64,000 bases of DNA, from positions 2,231,849-2,295,848 of the forward strand of contig CBDBLX010000002.1 of the NCBI GenBank assembly GCA_965207445.1. The letters are read 5' to 3'. This document shows positions 19,623 through 29,674 of the stretch, piece by piece (position 1 is the stretch's first letter; every line of letters starts with the position of its first letter). A program made the translations under genes and the position numbers. The notes beneath the pieces were generated by a model. It searched no databases. It was not told the DNA's origin and saw nothing but the letters and a program-made list of their open reading frames with translations. The DNA is from Nitrosopumilus sp. (GTDB lineage Archaea; Thermoproteota; Nitrososphaeria; Nitrososphaerales; Nitrosopumilaceae).

Positions 19623-20371
19623 CTATTTCAAGTTAGGGTTTGGTTTTGGATATCTTGATGGGTTTAAAATTTGATTTGTCTTATAACGTATACGATATAT
19701 TAAACTAGGTCTAGGCTCAGGCTCAGAACGTGCTAGCTGTGATTCCATTTCATTATATTTATTATGATACTTTATAGAATACATAGTATGTTTCTCTGGA
19801 CGTTGAGAATCATCATGTATTATCGTGATGTGGGGTATGACAAACATAGGCCATAATACTTTTCCATTATTTGTGATATACAATCCATGATATTTTTTAT
19901 GAACAGAAGTATTAAATGGATTGAGTAATCTATATAAGTAATTATATTCATTGTTGTATGATTTATTTCTTTGCCATATCTTGTAATAATGTTTCAACCC
20001 CACTACACCATTCCAAGGGGATCTTTTCTTACACTCTTCTTTAAATTTTAAAGTATCTCCAATTACATAACAATCCGAGTCCATGTACCAACTAACATCA
20101 ACTGAATTCTTGAATTGTTTAAAACCAAAGCTAACCTTGTCGTTGACATTTGTATGTGGACGATCCAATAAAATTACATTGTCATAAGATTTGCAAATCT
20201 CACGTGAGTCATCATTTGAAAGACCATTTGTTTTTTTTTTGCTTCATGTTCGTCACCATATCCCACAAATTTCCCATCAATTGCATATACGCGATCACAC
20301 CATTTCAGACTGTCTAAACAACGGGGCAGTGTTTCAGATTCGTTATAAAATAAAACCACTGGACAAATCAT
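19623..20371 (-). pseudogene. GT2-like glycosyltransferase, frameshifted at an A10 tract
   Basis: FYNESETLPRCLDSL...YAIDG, then after the T10 run at 20231-20240 the shifted frame reads NGLSNDDSREICKSY..., continuous with ORF 19623-20168 (WYMDSD, DxD motif). Confidence 0.75.
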
Positions 20372-20451
20372 TAAATTGCCGTAGAATTTCACATATAAAA
20401 TCGTAAAAAATCAGAGTAAATGACTAAACATAACCTAATGTCTACACGCAT

Positions 20452-20557
20452 CTGATATGATTAAAGATCCGATATTTTGATTGATATTCATCTCGAAGTT
20501 GAACACATATTATAAATACAAAATATTAGAAAACTATCGGATCTTTAATGAAACTAT
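20452..20557. mobile_element. MITE family D (~106 bp, IS630-type ends), intact copy
   Basis: ATTAAAGATCCGATA ... TATCGGATCTTTAAT inverted ends, matching the TIRs of the IS630 at 22099-26590. Confidence 0.85.
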
Positions 20558-20601
20558 TACGCATACAGTAACACAAAAAGATGTATGTAAAACTGCTGAA
20601 A

Positions 20602-21516
20602 TCATTCAATAGAGCCATGAATGAGTTTTGACAATCCATCCTCCAGATTTATAGAGTGTTGCCAAGGTATATCGCGCGCAGCAATTTGAGTGTCGGCCAT
20701 ACTATGAGGTACATCACCTTGCAACGGTTCAGAATACTCTGCGGATACATCTAGTTCATAAACACGTGTCATGATATCGGCTAGCTTGTTTATTGTCACG
20801 CTATTTCCTGTTCCAATGTTAAAAAAACCGTCATGTCGAGTGCTTGTCATGGCCCCGAGGTTAGCCTCTGCCACATCCATCACATTTACAAAATCACGTG
20901 TCTGTAACCCATCACCATTAATTATTGGTCCAAGTCCTGACTTTAGCCGTCTCATAAACTGTGTTATAACCCCTGCATATGCTCCTGTCTGTCCTCTGCC
21001 ATAAACATTAAAGTAACGCAGTCCCATAACTCCTGCGCCATCGTCACCCATGTGTGTTTGAGATATAACTTCACAGTCGGATTTTGTTTTACCATATGGA
21101 TTTTCTGGTGCGTGTGGGGCATCCTCACGTATGGGTACAGATTGAGGAGTGCCATACACGCTAGAGCTACTTGCATAAACCACCCGTATACCATACTCTC
21201 GGGCTATCTCAAGTATGTTTTTTGTACCTGTGACGTTTACATCATGATATTCTTGTTGCATTAAATATGATTCTTGAACCGCTACAAGAGCTGCCTGATG
21301 AAACACACCATCACATGCACGCATGGCGATCTTAAGATCATCTCGATTTTTGATATCCCCCATGATAAATTCTATACTATCCATAGTGTCTTTCAATCTA
21401 TCCATGCTTCCTGTGCTAAGGTTGTCAAGCACACATACAGAATGGCCACGCTCAAGTAAGTATTTTGACAAGTGACTGCCAATAAACCCGGCTCCCCCTG
21501 TCACCAAATATTTCAT
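20602..21516 (-). CDS. NAD-dependent nucleotide-sugar epimerase/dehydratase
   Basis: TGGAGFIG, ASSSSVYG, YGKTK, LRYFNVYG, QTRDFVNV. Confidence 0.93.
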   Translation of the reverse strand: MKYLVTGGAGFIGSHLSKYLLERGHSVCVLDNLSTGSMDRLKDTMDSIEFIMGDIKNRDDLKIAMRACDGVFHQAALVAVQESYLMQQEYHDVNVTGTKNILEIAREYGIRVVYASSSSVYGTPQSVPIREDAPHAPENPYGKTKSDCEVISQTHMGDDGAGVMGLRYFNVYGRGQTGAYAGVITQFMRRLKSGLGPIINGDGLQTRDFVNVMDVAEANLGAMTSTRHDGFFNIGTGNSVTINKLADIMTRVYELDVSAEYSEPLQGDVPHSMADTQIAARDIPWQHSINLEDGLSKLIHGSIE

Positions 21517-21662
21517 GTGTTTGTGTTTGTTGTAATAGATTTTAGCGTTTCTGAATAAATGTGACTGTACATATTTTGACCATATGTCGTCTGTTCAATT
21601 TTGTATGTTATTATATTATATAAAAAATATAATTGGGTACACATTGACAGTTTACAAAATTT

Positions 21663-21811
21663 CTCCGAGTCAAGATCCATGACTTGTATAATCATTCAAA
21701 AATAACTATTGCCCAAATGCATCGCATGCACGATACGCGATATACTAAAATGGATATGACCAAATACAAGTATGTAATTTTATTATTATATCCAAAGAGA
21801 TCAGTTCACAC
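21663..21811 (-). mobile_element. MITE family B, copy 3
   Basis: Reverse complement of the family-B interior, ending CAGTTCACAC. Confidence 0.78.
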
Positions 21812-22467
21812 CAAAATTTTACTAGTTAAGACATTGGACTGCTGCGCAGACATAATCCAACTTGCAGATCATCCACGCAAACGCCAAGATCGTGGGTATA
21901 TTCTCAAGTCAACTGGTGTCTGGCGTCGTGGCACCTGAAAGCCGCTGCCGATAAAATCAATTACAATAATGTCACCGCCACCGCAGAGGCCGTATATGCT
22001 ATCGCCGCAGAATGCATCACGACATCATCTGAACTTCATACAGGCACATCATCTCACCTGCACACCAAGGTTCAAAATGTCAAGATCGCTACCGCATAGT
22101 GATTTCATTAAAGATCCGATGGTTTTTACAGGCGATTTCAGCTAGGCAGTTGTGTACGGAGTGGAAAAATAGACGTAATTGGCACTATGTGTAGCAGATA
22201 CCGTGTGGTGGCCAGAAGAGCGACGAGGAATTGGGTGTGTATGTCAGTGGCAGGTATTGGGTAATTTTTGATCATTTGGTTGAATTAATTTGACCTCGAG
22301 TGTCAAAAGGTGATGTGGCCATTAGTGTTTGTTGAAAGACAAAAAATGGTACATCGACTAGTATTCGCCGATGCCATATTTAATGACTCTGCAGGCAGAT
22401 CGTCTTGCGGCACCGACGAGGCGCATATTTTTTGAAGACAGCCTATGTGGGAAGAGGGGGCGGGTTC

Positions 22468-23115
22468 ATGCCCGACGTGTCCCTGGAAGATCTAAAAGCC
22501 GCCTACCGCAAAGAGCCTCCGGGCAAGTCCCGGGACAGACTGCAGACAGCAGTTGGGCGAAAAAAAGGGCAAGAGTGAGTCTGCAATAGCCGCCCAACTC
22601 GGACGCAGCCAGAGCGTCATATCTGAGTGGCTCAACAGGCTACAGTCAAAGGGATTGGGGGGCAGATATGACCGCAAGAGCCCCCGGCAGGCCGTACAGA
22701 CTCACAAAAAACAACAAGAACAGGCAAAGGCCAATTTGAGTAGTGAACCGATGCAGAGCGGCTTTGAGCGTGGGACATGGACTGCCGCCTTGTTTGCATT
22801 GCATCTGGCAAACATTTTTGACGTCCAGTACACGTGGACCGGGGCCCTGGCGCTAGCTCACAAGATGGGCTTTTCAATAAGAATACCCACAGGACAATTC
22901 ACCACAAGTCTGCCAGTCCATTAGAAGAACTGCATTATGTACACGACACAATACACGCCATCATGGCGCACGCCCGCGCCGGCTATGAGGTGTTCTGTAT
23001 GGACGCCTCTGCAATCACAAACTCGCCGTATGTCGCGCGCGGACTACATCTCCGAGGAGGCTCTGAGACTGTAAATGTCAACTTTTCAAAAACAAGTATA
23101 AAGATGCTGGGTGCA
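22468..23115 (+). pseudogene. IS630 transposase, N-terminal part with several frameshifts
   Basis: RDRL...IAAQLGRSQSVISEWL...KSPGRP...GTWT...HKMGFS...VFCMDAS...RG...KMLGA across frames. Confidence 0.82.
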
Positions 23116-23365
23116 TAATAGTTTCATTAAAGATCCGATAGTTTTCTAATATTTTGTATTCATAATATGTGCTCAACTTCGAGATGAATATCAATCAAAA
23201 TATCGTATGAACCAAGCTCTTTGGACACAATAATAAAATCACATATCTGTATTTAGTCACATCCCTGCTTGTATAATCCTGCATCTGCGTGACGCTTGAC
23301 TTGGTGCTATTTTTAATGACCCTATCAGTCATAGAGCTTGGTTCACACAGATAACTCTGCATTAT

Positions 23366-23458
23366 TACATATAAAGAACCATTCAGTAGATGTGATCAAC
23401 TACATATAAAGAACCATTCAGTATTAGTGAACACTCACATATAAAAAACATCACAGCA
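23366..23458 (+). repeat. Three 35-bp units, each with a TATAAA box, upstream of the ATPase
   Basis: TACATATAAAGAACCATTCAGTA at 23366 and 23401; degenerate copy at 23436. Confidence 0.8.
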
Positions 23459-23482
23459 ATATTAAAACAATATATAATATAA

Positions 23483-25014
23483 TTGTCAATAGAACCTATG
23501 ATTCATGAAAGCATACTACGAGAATCAAATCCATGGTGGGAGAATCCAGCTAACATTCAAAATGATCAAAAACTACAAGAGTGGGAACAATCTGAGATCA
23601 GATATATTCCACGTATTATGCATGAGATCAAATATAACTTTGAGCCATCAAACACTGTAGTATACTCTCTTCGTGGACCACGGCAGGTGGGCAAGACAAC
23701 ACTAGTCAAGATGCAGATAAAGGAGTTTCTAAACAATGGTATTTCAGCATGGAATATTCTGTACTATTCTGCTGATCTGCTAGACACACCACAAGATGTA
23801 GTAGATATCACAAGGACATATCTGAACATTAGCTCCCTGTGGCGCAAAGGAGACCGTTATTACATATTTCTCGATGAGATCTCATCTGTACCACAATGGC
23901 AAAAAGGTATAAAGTGGCTGGTGGACATGAATATATTAAAAAACGCTACTGTCATGGTTACGGGCTCTCATTCTATAGATATAATGAGATCTTCTGAGCG
24001 GCTTCCTGGTCGTAGGGGTGTTGTAAATGGCAGTCATGACAAAATGCTACTTTCTATGAGGTTTTCAGAATATGTAACGGTTACAAACAACACCATAAGG
24101 AAAATAATGGTAAAAAATGATATGTTTTCTATCAGTACTAGAAGAGGCATATTTGCAAAGCTATTAAACAATGAGATAGATGAGAGGCTATACTTGTTTG
24201 AGCAGTATCAAGACGAGTTGGACTATATTTTGCAAAGTTATCTGATAACAGGCGGTATTCCAAAAATAGTTGATGAAAAGATAAAGACCGGAAACATAAG
24301 TGAATCCACAAAAAATGCATATTTTGAGAGTTTAATGGGGCAGTGGGGTAGTTTTCAAAAAAACAAAACATTTCTGAAACAATTTTGTATGGCAATAATC
24401 AAAGGCATGGGTACACACATGTCGTGGAATGGACTCTTCAAAGAGGCTGATCTTGGTAGCCCAAACACCGCATCAGATTATGCACATACCCTAAAGGAAA
24501 TGTTTGTACTTTTAATAATTCACATGTACGGAACAGACAAAAAGATCCCATTGATCAAAAAAACAGAAAGTTCTACTTTCAGGATCCCTTTTTCCTGCAC
24601 ATGCTCAATACAGTGGCAGGTCTTGACACCACCTTTAACACTAAGATAATAAACTACACTGCCCAAGAAGAGAATCAAGGTAAGATTCTTGAGGGAGTTG
24701 TTGCAGACCACCTCATAAGATGGGCATTTGATCTGAGTGGCCAAAGACAATCTTTTGACTATTTTGATCATGTGTTTTATTGGAAAGATGAAAAAGGACG
24801 AGAGGTAGACTTTATTTTACGTGCAGGTGGATTTGCAGAAGTTCCGATCGAGTTAAAATACAGAAATAAAATAAAGTTCAGAGAACTTTCTGGACTGTGT
24901 AGTTTTCTTGGCAAGACGGGCACAGAGAGTGGCATTGTAATCTCAAAGTCAGATATGCAGTCCAGATCAGAGTATGCAGTGGTGCCAGCATGTATCTTTT
25001 TGTTGTTATTGTAA
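23483..25014 (+). pseudogene. AAA_14/DUF4143-type ATPase with C-terminal PD-(D/E)xK-like domain, frameshifted at A7 (24557-24563)
   Basis: NPWW, GPRQVGKTT, IFLDEI, VTGS, YLITGGIP. After the shift: RKFYFQDP...EGVVADHL...FYWKDEKGREVDFI...PIELK. Confidence 0.88.
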
Positions 25015-25544
25015 TGTCTATAATGGTGGTGGTGAGGATTTGTATACGTGCCCAAAGTTTCTATTTGTGCTTTGGTGGTACCGAGACACAGTAAAAATTA
25101 ATATATTTTTTATGTTGTGTATTGGTGCGAGCCTAGTTAACAATCCCTTGATTGAAGATCATTTTTACACAGCCAGTGGGTGGGCATGTAATGCAAAAAT
25201 TACTAGTCAGTAAATCCACCAACACACAGGTTATTCATATATACCTGTCATAGTGCCAGTCACAATACCAGTCACAATACCAGTCACAATGCCAGTCATA
25301 TGTACTTGCAAAGATACAAATCAAACATTCCATGTGACCTGAGATTTTTGGATGCAATAATAAAATTAGATACTTGTGTTTGATCACATTTTTGTCGGTA
25401 TATTGAATATTGTGCATGCAATGCATTTGGCTAGGAGTTATTTTCAAATGAGTGCATCTGTCATGGAGCTTGGTTCACACAAAATATCAGATCTTTAATC
25501 ATATCAGTAAGCATTAATGACTATCCATAACCCTGTTTTTTATC

Positions 25545-26126
25545 ATGTTTAAAAAATCATCTGTGCTACTGTTCTCAGGGACATTCCTGCTGTGCCTGTT
25601 TTCATTTTTTTCTGCATTCCCACAAAACCCCGGAGAGGTAAACTCGGTCTTTTTGTTCACGTACCACTGTATGTTAGATACCGGAGAATACGGGCCATAC
25701 ACAAGCATGAGGGAGTCGTCAGATAACTGCTACTATAACCTGTGGCTGTCGCTACTGGTGGCAGGATACGGGGGTGCAGGGATGTTCCTGACAGTGCATT
25801 CACTGAAATCAATAAGGAAAAAATCACCTGAAATGTTCAAAAAAATGGCTGTACAGCTGTTCTCAGGGATATTCCTGCTGTGCCTGTTTTCGGTCTTTTC
25901 TTCGATTCCGCAACTCCAGGGGGACGTAAACACGGTCCACTTGGTCACGTACCACTGCATGCTGGAGACCGTGGGGAATTCACAGTCGTTGGCAGATAGC
26001 GTCGTGGAGGCAGCAGAAGAATGCTACTTTGACCCGAGGCTGTCGCTGCTAGTCATTGGATATGGAGCAACAGGGATTTTTTTAATTGTATATTCGGTAC
26101 GAAGAATAAAAAAATCGATCAAGTAG
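25545..26126 (+). CDS. Membrane protein made of two ~96-aa repeats (4 TM helices)
   Basis: MFKK..LFSG.FLLCLFS.FS..PQ..G.VN.V.L.TYHCML.T occurs twice, 288 bp apart. Confidence 0.8.
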   Translation: MFKKSSVLLFSGTFLLCLFSFFSAFPQNPGEVNSVFLFTYHCMLDTGEYGPYTSMRESSDNCYYNLWLSLLVAGYGGAGMFLTVHSLKSIRKKSPEMFKKMAVQLFSGIFLLCLFSVFSSIPQLQGDVNTVHLVTYHCMLETVGNSQSLADSVVEAAEECYFDPRLSLLVIGYGATGIFLIVYSVRRIKKSIK

Positions 26127-26164
26127 CCTCCCATCAAAATACTGTGCGGGCATCATGTGTATAG

Positions 26165-26356
26165 ATCCAATGGCGCGAGATAAAGCGCGCACTGGCAGGC
26201 AGATACTACAAGGGCAGTTTTCCAGAGATTCAAAAGTCCATACTACACATGATGGAAAAAGGCGAGGTGGGAACAGTCAGGCTGCTAGAGTACATGCGCA
26301 ATGCCATACAAGACGCAAAGAACAACGCGCTCATATCCGAACTCCGGGCTGCATGA
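26165..26356 (+). pseudogene. IS630 transposase C-terminal fragment
   Basis: Manual translation IQWREIKRALAGRYYKGSFPEIQKSI..., the segment that follows the IS630 LNPIE motif. Confidence 0.7.
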
Positions 26357-26971
26357 ACTGCATATTACGCAAACTAGGTGGGGTCCGGGTGAGGCTGTGC
26401 GACGCACAGATCGCACTATAATCAGGACGGCTGCGCACATACTTTTTGCCACGCCCAAATACACGGCTGGTATGGACATGTCCATGGAAAAATCATGGAT
26501 CCGGTGTGGATTACCTCACAGGTCCTGCCTGATTTCCCAATATATGATTACAAGAATGTCTAAAAACTATCGGATCTTTAATGAAACCACTACACATGAC
26601 TTTTTAATATAGTCATATTACTAAAAAACTCACCACACGTTATACTATTTTTACACCATACACATCCACTCCACCATGTTGTACTATTCGCCCATCTGAC
26701 ACAATACACAAACTACTCTTAATATCATGAGTCAATCAGATGATTTTACCTCTCACACAGTGACGTGACGTGACATAGTATGCCACATGCATACATACAC
26801 ATACATACATACACATACACACACCGGTGACTCTGCCACATGCCATAACGGCTGTTTGATGCACACCTAAGCGGCAGAATGAGCGTGGATAGCAGTTGGT
26901 ATGTGGAAATGAACGCTTGTATTATCATATTTTCAATTAATATATATCTGCCGCGCTTTGTGCGCTAGTAT

Positions 26972-28411
26972 ATGAATATGAGTGTGCCTGATGAACCAGA
27001 TTGCCCACTTCTTTATGCTACTGATCCAAAAACTCGAATTAATGCAGGACATGTCAAAGTATGTGTTATTGGAATAGGAAGGATAGGACATGTTATTGGA
27101 ATAGGAAGGATAGGACTTCCAACTGCGCTCTCTTTTGCACATGCAGGTTTTACGGTAACTGGATTGGACATAAACGAATCTCTTGTCTCAAAGATACGCT
27201 CAGGGGTGTTTCCACTAGATGACGAACCTGGGTACGAGGAGATATTTCAAACTGTAATAAATACAGGTAAATTTTCTGCCACCACTAATGCGACAAATGC
27301 AATACCAAATTCTGATATAATAATAATTTCACTACCAACCCCGATGGACGCTTCAGGCATTCCATACTATACGGCTCTAGAATCCATGGCAACACAGCTA
27401 AATTGTTTACTGACGCTTGGTTCCATTGTAGTTGTGGAGAGTACAGTAGAGCCCAACTTTGTAGAATCAATAATGTCTCCGTTGATAGAAGGTGACCGTA
27501 TGCGCTTAAAAACTTCTGAGAACTTTGGACTTGGAGTATGTCCGGAGACTGCCAATCCAGGTGAGATCCTCAAAAACTTTCAGAGTTTGCCACGTCTTGT
27601 GGGTGCCATGGATACACGTACTGCAGATATAATATCAAAGGTATATGGACATGTGTTTAATGTTGAACTAGTCATGATGCCTGACTGTCGCACAGCCAAT
27701 GCAGTAAAACTTACAACAAATGTATTTCGGGATATTAACATTGCATTTGTAAACGAGCTTGCAATACTCTTTGAAAGACTCGGTATCAACACGCACACCG
27801 TATTAGAGGCGGCAAAGAAAAAGTACAATTTTGAGCCTCATTACCCGGGAGCAGGAGTCGGTGGACCGTGTCTACCTGTCAACTCGTATCAGCTACTTAA
27901 CACCGCATCACATCTACCGGGAGGTGATTCGATGCTCAGAATCATTCGCACAGGACGACGTGTCAACGAATCTATGCCATCACATGTAGTAGATATGATA
28001 TATGACGGACTTGCCGAGATAAACGTGACTCCAGACTCTTCAACTGTTGCAATACTTGGCCTCTCCTACAAACCAAATGTTCGAGACGTACAGCTTGCAC
28101 CATCAGAGCAGATTATAGATATGCTAAGAACTCGAGGAAGTAGTGTTCGTGCATATGACCCCCACTATACAGATGAGAACATATTTGAGGTACATGTCGA
28201 AAAATCTGTTACGGACGCACTCCGAGGCGCAAATGCGGCAGTGTTGGTCACTGATCATGACGAGTTGTGTGCGTTGGATGCATCTACAATTAGAGATGCA
28301 GGGTGCAGAGTGTTTGTAGATTGTAAAGGTGTAACAAATCCAGATGCAGTAGAATCAGTAGGTCTGGTGTATCGGAGTGTGGGTCAACGCGGCACACGTA
28401 AAGCATGCTAA
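26972..28411 (+). CDS. UDP-N-acetylhexosamine 6-dehydrogenase (WecC/WbpA family)
   Basis: GIGRIG, ESTV, CPE..NPG, KLTTNVFRDINIAFVNE, PGAGVGGPCLP, LGLSYK. Confidence 0.92.
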   Translation: MNMSVPDEPDCPLLYATDPKTRINAGHVKVCVIGIGRIGHVIGIGRIGLPTALSFAHAGFTVTGLDINESLVSKIRSGVFPLDDEPGYEEIFQTVINTGKFSATTNATNAIPNSDIIIISLPTPMDASGIPYYTALESMATQLNCLLTLGSIVVVESTVEPNFVESIMSPLIEGDRMRLKTSENFGLGVCPETANPGEILKNFQSLPRLVGAMDTRTADIISKVYGHVFNVELVMMPDCRTANAVKLTTNVFRDINIAFVNELAILFERLGINTHTVLEAAKKKYNFEPHYPGAGVGGPCLPVNSYQLLNTASHLPGGDSMLRIIRTGRRVNESMPSHVVDMIYDGLAEINVTPDSSTVAILGLSYKPNVRDVQLAPSEQIIDMLRTRGSSVRAYDPHYTDENIFEVHVEKSVTDALRGANAAVLVTDHDELCALDASTIRDAGCRVFVDCKGVTNPDAVESVGLVYRSVGQRGTRKAC

Positions 28412-28423
28412 TAGTGATGCTAG

Positions 28424-29674
28424 TTGAACCACAAACTCCCAAATACTGCAGCCTATGATCCATCCTCGACTCTATATTATTTGACATTACGTTACAACCC
28501 ATTACTAGCACCCACACTACCGCGCATACACTCATCAGATATGCGGCCACTACATACTACACCACCGTCATTGAGCGTATTGCAAGACATGATTGTCAAA
28601 TCTATGAGATTGTCACTTTGTGGTGTTAATTCAGATGTGAAAGTTGCACTGGCTCTAAGTGGTGGTGTCGACTCTACACTAATGCTGGCACTCTTACGAA
28701 GATACTTTCCAAACCTAGACGTACTTGCCATAACTATAAGATTTGATGGTGCATATGATGAATCTGCACATGCAGCACGTACCGCAGAGGCGCTTGGCGC
28801 CGATCATATTATAGTAGATGTTGATAACCCCTTGCAGGATCTTCCAGCTGCAATACATACAGTATCATTACCAATGTGGGATCTACACGTGTACAATGTT
28901 GTCAAAGAGGCATCTGCACAATCTGCAGATATACTTGTGTCTGGTGATGGCGGTGATGAATTGTTTGGAGGATACACATTCAGGTATAAAAATTTTTTAA
29001 ATGTAATTACTAGTTATGATGTAGATACAATTACGCCTGATCAGAAAATACACGCATACTTGAACAATCATATACGTGATTTTGTAGATGAACAAAACGA
29101 TCTGTTTGATTCACGAATGAACTTTTCTTGGAAGAACATATATGATATCCTCTATCCATATTTTGACAATAAGTTGGAGTCACTTGAACAGGTCTTTTTG
29201 GCAGACTATAATGGTAAGATGTTATACAACTTTTCTCAGATTGTGAAACCTCTGTCGTCTCACTTTGGGGTCAAGATTGTGGCGCCGCTCTTATCTCCAC
29301 AGATAATTAAATACGCCATGAAAATCAAACCAGAACAAAAATATGACAATGTAAATGAGATAGGAAAGTTACCACTTCGAAGTATACTTGGCATACTTGA
29401 TGCAGAGCATCTAACCTCAGATGAAAAGGCGGGATTTTCACCCAATACAGTGTCATATTGGCACAAGTATGGATATGACATCTGCTCCACATATCTTAGT
29501 ACTGCTAAAATCATACGCGATGGCTGGATTAGTAAGAGATGGGTTGAATCCCATCTACGTCGCGACCTAACAGACGTCAGGTACATAAACAAATTTTTGG
29601 GGTTGTTGGCATTTGAAATATGGTATAAAATATTCATAACAAAAGAGATAGAGCCAAATATACAGCTTACCTAA
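28424..29674 (+). CDS. Asparagine-synthetase-like ATP pyrophosphatase (no N-terminal glutaminase domain)
   Basis: LSGGVDS, SGDGGDELFGGY, GKLPLR, KAGF. Confidence 0.85.
   Translation: MNHKLPNTAAYDPSSTLYYLTLRYNPLLAPTLPRIHSSDMRPLHTTPPSLSVLQDMIVKSMRLSLCGVNSDVKVALALSGGVDSTLMLALLRRYFPNLDVLAITIRFDGAYDESAHAARTAEALGADHIIVDVDNPLQDLPAAIHTVSLPMWDLHVYNVVKEASAQSADILVSGDGGDELFGGYTFRYKNFLNVITSYDVDTITPDQKIHAYLNNHIRDFVDEQNDLFDSRMNFSWKNIYDILYPYFDNKLESLEQVFLADYNGKMLYNFSQIVKPLSSHFGVKIVAPLLSPQIIKYAMKIKPEQKYDNVNEIGKLPLRSILGILDAEHLTSDEKAGFSPNTVSYWHKYGYDICSTYLSTAKIIRDGWISKRWVESHLRRDLTDVRYINKFLGLLAFEIWYKIFITKEIEPNIQLT

Larger units (their letters stand above)
23205..25480 (+). mobile_element. Composite transposon: MITE B (23205-23348), ATPase cargo, MITE B (25332-25480)
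   Basis: Directly repeated family-B MITEs. Outer flanks are both AAAATATC (23197-23204 and 25481-25488), a sequence present once at this position in the intact MITE D. Confidence 0.85.
23118..25507. mobile_element. MITE family D, split copy (23118-23204 and 25489-25507)
   Basis: The two parts together reproduce the reverse complement of 20452-20557. Flanked by TA on both sides. Confidence 0.85.
22099..26590 (+). mobile_element. IS630-family element carrying nested MITEs and cargo genes
   Basis: 30-bp TIRs with 28/30 identity (22099-22128 and 26561-26590), flanked by TA at 22097-22098 and 26591-26592. Transposase N- and C-terminal pieces lie at the two sides. Confidence 0.85.

Noticed and set aside
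23366..23470. TIGR-like or CRISPR-like array with 35-bp period
   Set aside because: Three units only, the variable parts are related to each other, and no Nop-domain or Cas gene is adjacent. Better explained as a tandem duplication.
25254..25300. CCAGTCACAATA 12-bp tandem repeat and ORF 25235-25447
   Set aside because: Simple minisatellite; the ORF mostly overlaps a MITE B copy.
26755..26826. ACAT/AC microsatellites
   Set aside because: Low-complexity intergenic slippage with no evident function.
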